Source of the DNA: Escherichia coli | GTDB lineage: Bacteria > Pseudomonadota > Gammaproteobacteria > Enterobacterales > Enterobacteriaceae | DNA: 24,000 bases | Direction: 5' to 3' (one strand) | Assembly: GCF_002787645.1 (NCBI RefSeq) | Contig: NZ_CP024827.1 | In this document: piece after piece, positions 9,212 through 20,788 of the stretch | How positions within the stretch are numbered: the stretch's first letter is position 1 | Layout of the letters: each line of letters begins with the position of its first letter | The notes under the pieces: model-generated | Told to the model about the DNA's origin: nothing | Database searches by the model: none | Seen by the model: only the letters and a program-made list of their open reading frames with translations | Made by a program: the position numbers and the translations under genes

Positions 9212-10748
9212 ATGAAGATACTGAGGCAGCTGTGGAACCAGAAAGGGCTTGATGCGGCAGTTGAAGATGTACCTGAGGATCGATACGGTTTCGGTAATAT
9301 CGCAGAAAATATATCCCGTTCCATCCTTACTCTTCCTCTGGAGGCTTCAAATGTTGTCGGAATAGAAGGTGCATGGGGATCGGGTAAAACAAGCCTCCTT
9401 AATCTGATCCTGAGAAACCTTGCCCTGAAAAAAGATGCTCACACGCATGTGCTGCATATTTCTCCCTGGCTGAGTGGCGGCAGTCCGGTTGAAGCGCTCT
9501 TTCTTCCGGTTGCCACGGTTATCCAGCAGGAAATGGAAATACGCTATCCCCCGAAGGGCTTCAAAAAGCTCTGGCGTAAATATCTGTTGTCACCGGAAGC
9601 TCAAAAAGTGATTGAGTATGCTCAGGATACTTCATCGCGCGTCCTTCCACTGGTTCAATATATCGGACAGTTTTCCAGCATTATTAACTGGATAGCAGGC
9701 GGAATAAAGGTATTTTCAGACAGCCGTCTGGCTGTTGATCAGAAAACCACGACAAAGCTTCGGGCTGAAATTGCAGGACAACTGGTGAGTCTGGATCTGA
9801 AGTTCATTGTTGTCATGGATGATCTGGACCGACTGGAGCCATCCCAGGTGGCGGAAGTGTTCAGGCTTGTGCGTGCAGTAGCCGATCTGCCCCGCTTTAC
9901 CCATATTCTCTGTTATGACAGGCAGATTATCACTCATGCCGTTGAACATGCGCTGAATATCGAAGATGGCAGCCGTTATCTCCAGAAAATCATTCAGCTT
10001 AGTTTTAAATTACCCCGACCTGAAGCCTTTGATTTACGTAATGAATTTCGCCAGCGGGCTGAGGCTCTATATCAGCAAATTAATAATCAACCGCCAGACT
10101 CTGGAATGGTAAGGGATCTCATCGCGGTGACTGATACCTATGGTGCCGCACTTTCGACGCCACGGGAAATCCATCAGGCCATTAATTCCCTGATTTTTCT
10201 TTATCCGGGGATGCGGGATTTTGTTTATTTCCCTGATTTGTGCCTGCTTCAGCTTATACGGGTGACAAACCCGGCTCTGTATGACTGGACAGAGCATTAC
10301 CTGACAGAACGGTCCGTGATTGAAACCGGTCAGGGTATGCTTTCTGACGGAGAGAAAGCAGACTTCCGGGAGGGGCTTATCAGATGTATGAAGACGTTCA
10401 GGGCATCAAATGCAGACTCGTTTCTGACACTTGCAGACTGGATCCCAGGTATCAGTGGACATAATGATGAATATCTGAATCTTTTTGAGCCCGTCAGTGA
10501 GGATTTTCGTCATATCCAGACGACCGGTAAACGACTCAGCAGCCTGACGCACTGGCGATATTATTTTGCCTTCTCCTCACCACAGAATGTTCTGCCACCT
10601 GAATTCTTCAGACAGCTTTTTGAACAGGCTGGCGTATCGGAAAAACAGCAGCAGCTTTCTGAATTGCTGCTCTCAAAAATCAACAGTGTGGGCAGTCTGT
10701 CCGGAACCTGGTTTGAACATATACTGAGCAGACTGACTCCAGGCCTGA
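9212..10748 (+). pseudogene. KAP-family P-loop NTPase, N-terminal part (interrupted by IS100-type element)
   Basis: Walker A GIEGAWGSGKTS, Walker B FIVVMDDLDRLEPSQVAEVFRLVRAVADLPRF (KAP signature). The tracked ORF runs a few codons into the IS and stops at 10771. Confidence 0.9.
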
Positions 10749-13396
<2,648 letters not shown>

Positions 13397-13405
13397 CCAA
13401 AAATT

Positions 13406-13430
13406 AAGGCCGCTTAGCGGCCTTTTTCTT
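13406..13430. terminator. Bidirectional terminator between KAP locus and TIR gene
   Basis: AAGGCCGC-TTA-GCGGCCTT perfect stem followed by TTT. Confidence 0.8.
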
Positions 13431-13445
13431 ACTAAATGAAGGAGA

Positions 13446-14345
13446 TCAGGCGCTTAATGCTTTATCCTTGTCAAAAGGAACACCGGCATACGCAAGCTCA
13501 CTCAGCAGTTTGCGTTTCCATCCACCATGCTCATCAAGCTCGGTATAGAGAACCCCGGCAAGATCTGAAGGGATTTCGATATCTCCCTTCCTGAGTACAA
13601 GTACTTTCCCGCGTCCAAGCTTCCCGGCGAAATATCCGAGCTCATACAGGACATTCTGGCGTGCGCGGAGACGTGTGCTTTCAGATGCCAGAGCACTGCC
13701 GCTATCGTCGGGCGTCATCAGCACGATGGCAAAACTGACATCCCCTGACTCTGCTTCAAATTTCTCGATAATCGTCCTGGAGCCGTCAGGACGTTCTGAA
13801 AGAATGATTTCCTCAAGACCTATCCGGGATATAAAACGGGCAACAGACTGAAGGGCATCATTATCATGGCCATGAACAATAAAAATTTTTCGGGAAACCG
13901 GCCGAAACACTGCAGGCTCAGGATCGTGTTGGTTTTCCACATACAACTGGTAATCGCGCACGAACGGGGCAACTAATGACGACGTGAATTTTCGAATGGA
14001 TTCAATAATGTTTCGATCATAGAAAAATGTATGACAGAAATTAAAGGAAAAATTGTTATCGTCTGCCATTTTCTCGATCAGCAGCAACTTCAGGCCCAAA
14101 ATATCAGCGGGCTCATCAGGCCACTGTAGAACAGCGGAACCAGCCATGCTGGATTCAGTATCTTCACTCCTGGCCAGAAAGGTATCAAGTTCAACATTGC
14201 GGGTCAGATGTGCATTAACTGACTGCAGATTCTCTGAGTTCAAGAGCCGGGCCAATTGCTTAAGAGGTTGCTGATAGTTCTGAACGTCAGCGCGCTGAAG
14301 GTCGAATACGCAATTTTTAAGTGACTGAAAGATATCAATTGCCAT
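13446..14345 (-). CDS. TIR-like nucleotide-binding domain protein (CAP12/PCTIR type), 299 aa
   Basis: RKIFIVHGHDNDALQSVARFISRIGLEEIILSERPDGSRTIIEKFEAES…FAIVLMTPDDSG…LRARQNVLYELGYFAGKLGRGKVLVLRKGDIEIPSDLAGVLYTELD: canonical motif string of the prokaryotic TIR-like family; N-terminal ~140 aa unassigned. Confidence 0.9.
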   Translation of the reverse strand: MAIDIFQSLKNCVFDLQRADVQNYQQPLKQLARLLNSENLQSVNAHLTRNVELDTFLARSEDTESSMAGSAVLQWPDEPADILGLKLLLIEKMADDNNFSFNFCHTFFYDRNIIESIRKFTSSLVAPFVRDYQLYVENQHDPEPAVFRPVSRKIFIVHGHDNDALQSVARFISRIGLEEIILSERPDGSRTIIEKFEAESGDVSFAIVLMTPDDSGSALASESTRLRARQNVLYELGYFAGKLGRGKVLVLRKGDIEIPSDLAGVLYTELDEHGGWKRKLLSELAYAGVPFDKDKALSA

Positions 14346-14625
14346 CCTGCCCGCTCTCCTGTCTTTGTTGTTCTGCTCTGTCCAGAATCTGTTGGCGCAG
14401 ATTTTCTTTCATGTGTTCGATTAATGGGCTGACCATCGGATTAGTGGCATAACCAGAAGCGCGTTCGTACACCATGGAATAGGCTTCCTGAATCGCGTTC
14501 TCAATGCTGACAGGATCGTTAGCATCGAAGTGGACATCATAACTTCCGTTTAATGCCTCTGTTGCTCTCTCAACCTCTTTTAGCTGTTTCTGCATTTTGT
14601 CTAAACCTGTGATTTTGACGCTCAT
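14335..14625 (-). CDS. Small protein (96 aa) co-encoded with TIR protein
   Basis: MSVKITGLDKMQKQLKEVERATEALNG…; overlaps the TIR gene start by 11 nt. Confidence 0.75.
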   Translation of the reverse strand: MSVKITGLDKMQKQLKEVERATEALNGSYDVHFDANDPVSIENAIQEAYSMVYERASGYATNPMVSPLIEHMKENLRQQILDRAEQQRQESGQDGN

Positions 14626-14784
14626 AACAACCTCCGGACTAAGTGAGATGTATCAACCTTTATAGATAGCACGTTGGAGATGTGGGGTAAGGGATATCAC
14701 TCAAATTCCATGTAATTTCATTAAGATCAGACTTAACCTTTTTTCGGATCTCCGATAAAAAAGAAAGAAATAGAGATATGCTAA

Positions 14785-14854
14785 ACATATGCCTGGCATC
14801 TACATATGCTACCGCTATACATATGCCACACATCTGCCTATACTAAACATATGC
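14785..14854. repeat. ACATATGC direct repeat array in the vagC upstream region
   Basis: Exact ACATATGC at 14785, 14802, 14819 and 14847; ACATCTGC at 14830. Spacings 17, 17, 11, 17 bp. Confidence 0.85.
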
Positions 14855-14879
14855 ACACACCCGGTGCTTTGAATATTCC

Positions 14880-14898
14880 GGATATGTTTCACATATCC
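14880..14898. promoter_or_regulatory. Candidate VagC(D) operator palindrome
   Basis: GGATATGT-TTC-ACATATCC, perfect 8+3+8, 23 bp upstream of vagC ATG. Confidence 0.7.
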
Positions 14899-14920
14899 AT
14901 ATGCTCGGGAGAGAAAAAAC

Positions 14921-15151
14921 ATGAGAACCGTATCGATATTCAAAAATGGCAACAACCGCGCCATCCGTCTGCCTCGTGATCTGGATTTTGAGGGGGTGAG
15001 CGAGCTCGAGATCGTCCGGGAAGGGGACAGCATCATCCTGCGCCCCGTCCGGCCAACCTGGGGATCATTCCTAGAGTACGAAAAAGCCGATCCAGATTTT
15101 ATGGCGGAGCGCGAGGATGTTGTCAGCGACGAAGGGCGATTTAACCTGTGA
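14921..15151 (+). CDS. vagC: VagC/VapB-type antitoxin (AbrB-like), 76 aa
   Basis: MRTVSIFKNGNNRAIRLPRDLDFEGVSELEIVREGDSIILRPVRPTW…, overlaps vagD start. Confidence 0.93.
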   Translation: MRTVSIFKNGNNRAIRLPRDLDFEGVSELEIVREGDSIILRPVRPTWGSFLEYEKADPDFMAEREDVVSDEGRFNL

Positions 15152-15564
15152 ACAAGACTTATATGCTTGATACCTGTATCTGCTCGTTCATCATGCGTGA
15201 ACAGCCAGAAGCCGTCCTGAAGCGTCTGGAGCAGGCGGTGCTACGCGGCCACCGTATAGTGGTCTCGGCCATCACCTACTCTGAAATGCGCTTCGGGGCT
15301 ACCGGCCCAAAGGCCTCACCACGTCACGTCCAACTGGTCGATGAATTCTGCGCCCGCCTCGATGCCATCCTGCCCTGGGATCGCGCCGCAGTAGACGCCA
15401 CCACGAAGATTAAAGTGGCACTGCGGCTGGCCGGGACGCCGATCGGCCCGAACGACACGGCGATTGCCGGGCACGCCATCGCCGCCGGGGCGATACTGGT
15501 AACGAATAATACAAGAGAATTTGAGCGAGTGCCTGACCTGGTGCTGGAAGACTGGGTGAAGTAA
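15148..15564 (+). CDS. vagD: VagD/VapC-type PIN-domain toxin, 138 aa
   Basis: MNKTYMLDTCICSFIMREQPEAVLKRLE…ITYSEMRFG…GPNDTAIAGHAIAAGAILVTNNTREFERVPDLVLEDW, PIN acidic residues retained. Confidence 0.93.
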   Translation: MNKTYMLDTCICSFIMREQPEAVLKRLEQAVLRGHRIVVSAITYSEMRFGATGPKASPRHVQLVDEFCARLDAILPWDRAAVDATTKIKVALRLAGTPIGPNDTAIAGHAIAAGAILVTNNTREFERVPDLVLEDWVK

Positions 15565-15601
15565 GACACTCTTTTCAAAGTCAGGAGATAAGGGCACCAA
15601 G

Positions 15602-15625
15602 AAACAGCCCGTATACGGGCTGTTT
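15602..15625. terminator. Terminator after vagD
   Basis: Perfect palindrome AAACAGCCCGTA/TACGGGCTGTTT followed by TAAC. Confidence 0.75.
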
Positions 15626-15725
15626 TAACAGATATCTACAGTAAGCGGTCCTAAACTGTAGGGTATCTTCGAAGATCAGACTATCAGGGAGCTAAAGCCT
15701 ATCTTCCGGCGGCAAAAACAGTGGC

Positions 15726-17864
15726 TCAAGCGATACGGGCAACCGAGCTCTGGTTTGCTGCCGGTGGCAGGGCGATGAGCTTGTCACATTCCATAATCAC
15801 GTACTCCGGGATGAGATCGAATCTGGACGGATCTAGTTGACAGATGAACTCATTTTCAATGTGGTACGTTTCGTTAACGAATTTTCGTATTACCGGATGG
15901 TCCTGATCCAGTTCCAGTAAACGGAATACCTGCAGTTTTTCATAGCCGTTACGACAGCGACGGTACAGGTTTTTTATTTCATCTGGGCTGCTGACGAGAG
16001 CCTGAAGTCGCGGGTAATCAAAACTGTCCACATACTCCCGGATATCCCGCAAGGCCTGCTGAATTTTCTCAGGAGCCATTTTGGGATAGCCCGAGCCCGC
16101 AGCGGCAGGCTCGCGATAATCCAGCGGGACGACGCGTCGATGGAATAGATTGGATAGAAGCTGATAAGCATCACCACGTTCGTCAACGATTTCAAAGTAG
16201 CGACGAAGATAGATGAGCTTAATGATCTCCTCACAGTCTGCTGACGCGGTGATGGATTTGCAGATCTGCATGAATGTCATGATATCGCCGTCGTTAACAG
16301 GTAATTCTTCTATGACTCCAGCAGACAGGCGCAGGCAGGAGGCGGTCACCTGATTACTGAACAACCTTCTGACTGACTTCAGCGTGTCAATCACAGGCTC
16401 CACGTCATGCGTCAGCATAAGTACAGTCCGGTTCTTCAGGCATTCACCACTTGCACGTCTGAACAGCATTTCAAGAATGGCAAACTTCTTGTTTTTATCA
16501 AAAGAAGATATGGGATCATCAAGGATAATCAGTCCCGGGTTTTTTGACAGGCATTCATACATGAATAACACAATCGCAAAGGCGTTCCGTTCTCCATAGC
16601 TGAGATGCTGGCTACCGCCGCTGACGTACCCGTCAAAATCTATGTGTCGTAGCCTGAGTTTTCTCTGCTCTCCCTCGCCGGCTATATCCACCCTGTATTT
16701 ATAGCCTGCATAAGTGAGGAAATTATTGATGTTTGTTTTGTGCTGTGCGATCAGCCGGATCATGCTGTCCCGGTGCCGGTTAATTTTTCCCTGCAGCGGT
16801 CCGGCAAGGTTTATCAGGTCCATAAGGGCCGCGTTCAGTCTGTCGGTGATCCCCTGCATGAGTTCGGATTGCAGATCAGGGAAGAACTGCAGGTCAATCA
16901 ACCTGGCAGTGAGCACCTCCCGAACGTTCTGCTGTTCCTGCAGGCTGAAAACATTCAGGCCTCTCAGCGCAGTGAGTTTCTCTGTCAGCGTATCGGTCTG
17001 GCGTTTCAACGCCACTAGGTACTCGATATGTTCGGCTTCCGGACCGTTCTGAAGCATAGTAATGGCCAGAAGGCGTTCTCTGGCGCTCTCCGTCAGGTAA
17101 TTACCGAGGTTTTCCACCAGTCTGATGATAGCGGTCAGGTTTTTAATGGTGGATTTATCGTATTCCTCTCTGACTTGGCGAATTTGTGCTTCCTTTCCCG
17201 TGATATCACCGGTACAGAACGGACAGCAGCCATCCGAAAGGGGCGAAAACTCGAGTCCCTTTGTCTGCCAGTCAATCCATTCCACGCGGCGTTCACTGCG
17301 GATGTAGGGTTGATAGTTCTCAAGACCAGCCGGAATGTGGTGTATTTTATTTCCGCCTGACAGACCTCTCATGCCGGTTGAAGAACGTGAAATCCCGGAA
17401 CTGGTTGATCTGAAAGCATTACTGAGTTCCTGTAGATGGTCTATCAGAGAGTTCAGCTCAGTGTGATCCGTGAAAACAGCCCGGATCTTTTGCGTCATTT
17501 CTTCTATTTCACGCTCTCTTTCCGCATGGGCTTGATTGCGGATAAGAATATTAAAGCTATCACTGATGAGCTCGTCCGGTTGGAACGTAAACTGACTGAC
17601 GTACTCCTCGTTGAAGCACATCACGTCCCCAATCCCGTCAGCACCGATGACAATGGGCCCGGTGCTATCGGGGTTTTCTCCGCGCAGCCGGAAGGGCATC
17701 AGTGCCTGTAGTCCCTGAATGTCGTCCCGCGCCGCACAGCTTATGGCCCGTGACAGCGTACTTTTTCCAGTACCATTTGGCGCAAACTTAATGTTCAGTT
17801 TATCGGCAGTGAGGGTGATATGTGCTCGTACGATGTTATTGCAGTGGCGTATTTCAATGTCCAT
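15726..17864 (-). CDS. RloC/PrrC-like (AAA_13-type) SMC/ABC ATPase, 712 aa
   Basis: Walker A KFAPNGTGKSTLS near the N-terminus, CCPFC motif (aa ~215), signature LSYGERNAFAIVLFMYE, Walker B GLIILDDPISSFDKNKK, LTHD switch; C-terminal …LRRYFEIV…H… and …RKFVNETYHIENEF…. Confidence 0.85.
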   Translation of the reverse strand: MDIEIRHCNNIVRAHITLTADKLNIKFAPNGTGKSTLSRAISCAARDDIQGLQALMPFRLRGENPDSTGPIVIGADGIGDVMCFNEEYVSQFTFQPDELISDSFNILIRNQAHAEREREIEEMTQKIRAVFTDHTELNSLIDHLQELSNAFRSTSSGISRSSTGMRGLSGGNKIHHIPAGLENYQPYIRSERRVEWIDWQTKGLEFSPLSDGCCPFCTGDITGKEAQIRQVREEYDKSTIKNLTAIIRLVENLGNYLTESARERLLAITMLQNGPEAEHIEYLVALKRQTDTLTEKLTALRGLNVFSLQEQQNVREVLTARLIDLQFFPDLQSELMQGITDRLNAALMDLINLAGPLQGKINRHRDSMIRLIAQHKTNINNFLTYAGYKYRVDIAGEGEQRKLRLRHIDFDGYVSGGSQHLSYGERNAFAIVLFMYECLSKNPGLIILDDPISSFDKNKKFAILEMLFRRASGECLKNRTVLMLTHDVEPVIDTLKSVRRLFSNQVTASCLRLSAGVIEELPVNDGDIMTFMQICKSITASADCEEIIKLIYLRRYFEIVDERGDAYQLLSNLFHRRVVPLDYREPAAAGSGYPKMAPEKIQQALRDIREYVDSFDYPRLQALVSSPDEIKNLYRRCRNGYEKLQVFRLLELDQDHPVIRKFVNETYHIENEFICQLDPSRFDLIPEYVIMECDKLIALPPAANQSSVARIA

Positions 17865-18091
17865 TTATCTGTCCTTTGCCAGTTATTCCGGGGGGATTCA
17901 TATCCTTCCGCAAAATGTGCCCGCATGCTGTGATGCAGATACATAATACATTTCGTTTATACCATTGCTTACACCTCTCCGAGGTGTTCATATCAGAAAC
18001 AAAGATTAGGTCGATCCGACTTAGCCGGAAACTGGATCTGCGCGGCAGAAAAGACGCAAATGATATGATAATTAAGAAATATATATAAAAT

Positions 18092-18140
18092 CATATCAGA
18101 TATGGTTTTCATCATTGATGATAAAACAATATCTGATATT
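18092..18140. promoter_or_regulatory. Pair of related palindromes upstream of the 85-aa gene
   Basis: CATATC-A-GATATG (18092-18104) and AATATC-T-GATATT (18128-18140), centres 36 bp apart. Confidence 0.45.
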
Positions 18141-18217
18141 ATCAGAAATCATGAGCACACAAATCATGCAGGATATTATTTTTACCTGTCAGTACATTAT
18201 CAGATGGAGCGTGCAGG

Positions 18218-18475
18218 ATGGATGAAGAAAGGGTGTTTTCACTCAGCTATGAACAACTGACCCGGTTTGCGGAAAAACGCATCCGGGAATGCAATCTGGA
18301 CAGCCAGGGCGCGATTTATCTCTGCGAGTCAGCCAAAGCCGGAGCCGTGCTGATCTTCTGGCATGAACTGGCCATAAATGGCTATGCCTCAATGAATGCC
18401 ATAAAGAGACAGGAGCTCATTGACGCCGACTTTCAGCGCCTCAGAAACCTCATCTGGCCGGAGGATGACAGGTAA
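18218..18475 (+). CDS. Hypothetical protein (85 aa)
   Basis: MDEERVFSLSYEQLTRFAEKRIRECNLDSQGAIYLCESAKAGAVLIFWHELAI…; stop/start overlap TAATG with the next gene. Confidence 0.75.
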   Translation: MDEERVFSLSYEQLTRFAEKRIRECNLDSQGAIYLCESAKAGAVLIFWHELAINGYASMNAIKRQELIDADFQRLRNLIWPEDDR

Positions 18476-19065
18476 TGACCCAGAGCCGCCGACCGTCGCC
18501 ACTGCAGCGGAGAGTGCTGATTGTGCTGGCTGCGCTTGATGAAAAACGGCCGGGCCCCGTGCTGACGCGGGACCTGGAACGGGTGCTGGAGCGAAGCGGG
18601 GAAGCCCCGGTCTACGGGCCAAACCTGCGCGCCTCCTGCCGTCGTCTGGAGGATGCCGGCTGGCTGCGTACCCTGCGCGCCCCGAATCTGCAGCTGGCTG
18701 TCGAGCTGACGGACGCCGGCCGGGCCGTGGCACAGCCTCTGCTGCTGGCAGAACAGGACCGCCTCCGGGCAGAACAGCGTGCGGCAGAAGTCGTCGTACT
18801 GCCGCTGGTCCCGGCAGCAGGTCTGCCCGCAGACGGCACTTCTGCCACTGATCTGGCGGTGCAGCTGAACGGCATAACGTATCAGGCCTGCCGTGGGGAT
18901 TTTGTGGTACGTCTCGACGGCAGCACCTGTCTGCAGTTATGGAATAAAGAAGGCAGGGTGGTACGCCTGGAGGGCGATCCGCTGGAAGTGGCGCAGTGGC
19001 TGCAGGCCTGTCACGATGCCGGAATGGAGGTTCGTGTACAGGTTAATGAAAGCGTCACCCCGTAA
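18475..19065 (+). CDS. Hypothetical protein with winged-helix-like N-terminus (196 aa)
   Basis: MTQSRRPSPLQRRVLIVLAALDEKRPGPVLTRDLERVLERSGEAPVYGPNLRASCRRLEDAGWLRTL…LTDAGRAVAQPLL resembles a winged HTH; overlapping start with the 85-aa gene. Confidence 0.75.
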   Translation: MTQSRRPSPLQRRVLIVLAALDEKRPGPVLTRDLERVLERSGEAPVYGPNLRASCRRLEDAGWLRTLRAPNLQLAVELTDAGRAVAQPLLLAEQDRLRAEQRAAEVVVLPLVPAAGLPADGTSATDLAVQLNGITYQACRGDFVVRLDGSTCLQLWNKEGRVVRLEGDPLEVAQWLQACHDAGMEVRVQVNESVTP

Positions 19066-19327
19066 AAACATACCAGCACGGTTTACACATCATCCCATGG
19101 TGGCAGCTGGTTAACTTTCCTGCGCCACCAGTGGATAGGAGATATGATCAGTCATAACATTAAGTCTAAAATTACAGACATCTCAAAAAGTCTGTAGCAT
19201 AAAAGAGGCCTGATGTAGAATACTGTGCCAAATAGAATATTAAAAGGATTTGATATATCCCCTGTTCACAGTTATATGTTTCTGAATTACATGGTGAATC
19301 CCCCCAACATAATGCTAGGATTTGAAA

Positions 19328-20788
19328 ATGGCAGAAAAAAATAAAAAAACCATTACTGGTCAAGTCTTGAACTCCATTAAAATTAACAAACTAAAATGTA
19401 TAAATGGATTAAACGAGATTATTTTTAAACCTCATGCGTTAACCGCAATTTTAGGTCCAAATGGAAGCGGAAAATCAACAATACTCCATGCTATAGCAAG
19501 CATATACATGCCTGAAGAAGGTTTCCCCGGTGAAGACCATCGGTTAATGCATTTTTTTCCACGCAGCCCACATGCTGAATGGAACGGCAGTGACTTCATT
19601 GTAAATTTAACTTATCGTAAAGATGGGGTAATGATTGAAAATGAATTGAAAAATTATGGAAAAGCAGATATTCGAGGCTCACGATGGATTCAGATTTATG
19701 CTCGTCGTCCTTTAAGAGAAGTTTACTATCTTGGCATTGATAAATGTGTTCCTATAATAGAATCAGAAAAAAAGAATAATATTCAGTATGAAACCAGCAG
19801 TGTCAGTAATGATTTAATAACAAACATTCTTCATTACGCCTCCTATATACTTAATAAACCATACACAAGTTTCAATCAGCATCAACAACCCAATGGAAAA
19901 ATATTGATTGGAGTTGAGTCAGGGGGACTGGCCTACTCATCATTGAGTATGAGCGCAGGAGAGCAAAAGATATTTTTAATTCTGGAAACAATATTGAAAG
20001 CGGACAAGAACGCCTTAATATTAATTGATGAATTAGATTTATTGTTGCATGACGAAGCATTGAAAAAGTTAATAGAAGTCATATCATCTCATGCCAAAGA
20101 TAAAAACAAACAAATCATCTTTACTACCCATAGAGAAATGATAACCACTTTATCAGACAAGATAAATATAAGACACGTCGTAAACATTCAAGGCCGTAGT
20201 TATTCATTTGAAGAAACAAAACCTGATGCTATAAACAGATTAACAGGTGAATCAACGACGCCTATTGAAATATATGTAGAAGATGACTTAGCTGTTGCCA
20301 TAATAAATAAAATATGTTCTTCACTTAAGGCCAGCAAATATGTAAAAATATTTAAATTTGGCGCAGCTTCAAACGCATTCACTCTACTTGCCAGTACCCT
20401 TATTCGTGGTGACAATCTATCTGGTAAACTTTATATTCTTGATGGCGATAAATATTCCACAGAAAATGAAAAGAAAACTGCTCGTGATAAAGTTTTCACC
20501 GGCACAGAATCACGAACTTATGAGTTAAAAGCGGCAGCGGAAGGAAAAGTAAAACAATTTAATCTCCCAAATGGGGTTAAGCCTGAACAATACATTCATT
20601 ATCTTATTACAAATGTCCCACTGGACGGATTGGGTGGCGAATATTTAGAAATAATCGAAGCAGCAAGGGATATCAGAGTTGAACTTGATGCTCATAATTA
20701 TATCTCGAATATTTTAACTAAATTGGGCATTGATCGTCCGTCCGGGTTAACACGAGTGATGGATCTGGCCTCCAGGCATCCCGAATGA
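19328..20788 (+). CDS. AAA/ABC-type ATPase with C-terminal TOPRIM-like domain (OLD-like or fused PARIS-like)
   Basis: Walker A LTAILGPNGSGKST, signature SMSAGEQKIFL, Walker B ALILIDELDLLLHD, FTTHRE; then IEIYVEDDLAVAIINKI…KLYILDGDKY (E…DGD TOPRIM signature). Start could be 19322. Confidence 0.85.
   Translation: MAEKNKKTITGQVLNSIKINKLKCINGLNEIIFKPHALTAILGPNGSGKSTILHAIASIYMPEEGFPGEDHRLMHFFPRSPHAEWNGSDFIVNLTYRKDGVMIENELKNYGKADIRGSRWIQIYARRPLREVYYLGIDKCVPIIESEKKNNIQYETSSVSNDLITNILHYASYILNKPYTSFNQHQQPNGKILIGVESGGLAYSSLSMSAGEQKIFLILETILKADKNALILIDELDLLLHDEALKKLIEVISSHAKDKNKQIIFTTHREMITTLSDKINIRHVVNIQGRSYSFEETKPDAINRLTGESTTPIEIYVEDDLAVAIINKICSSLKASKYVKIFKFGAASNAFTLLASTLIRGDNLSGKLYILDGDKYSTENEKKTARDKVFTGTESRTYELKAAAEGKVKQFNLPNGVKPEQYIHYLITNVPLDGLGGEYLEIIEAARDIRVELDAHNYISNILTKLGIDRPSGLTRVMDLASRHPE

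Noticed and set aside
14785-14854. CRISPR or replication iterons as explanation for the ACATATGC array
   Set aside because: Units are only 8 bp with 11-17 bp spacing, no cas genes and no adjacent Rep gene; a toxin-antitoxin operator is the simpler reading.
15974-17360. Multiple short ORFs opposite the 712-aa ATPase
   Set aside because: Antisense to a long frame with intact Walker A, signature and Walker B motifs.
18389-18875. Minus-strand ORFs across the 196-aa gene
   Set aside because: Antisense shadows driven by high GC; Arg/Pro/Ser-rich translations without domain features.
19066-19327. Retron msr/msd upstream of the ATPase-TOPRIM gene (Eco8-like layout)
   Set aside because: No reverse transcriptase ORF anywhere in the window and no long paired structure obvious in the spacer.
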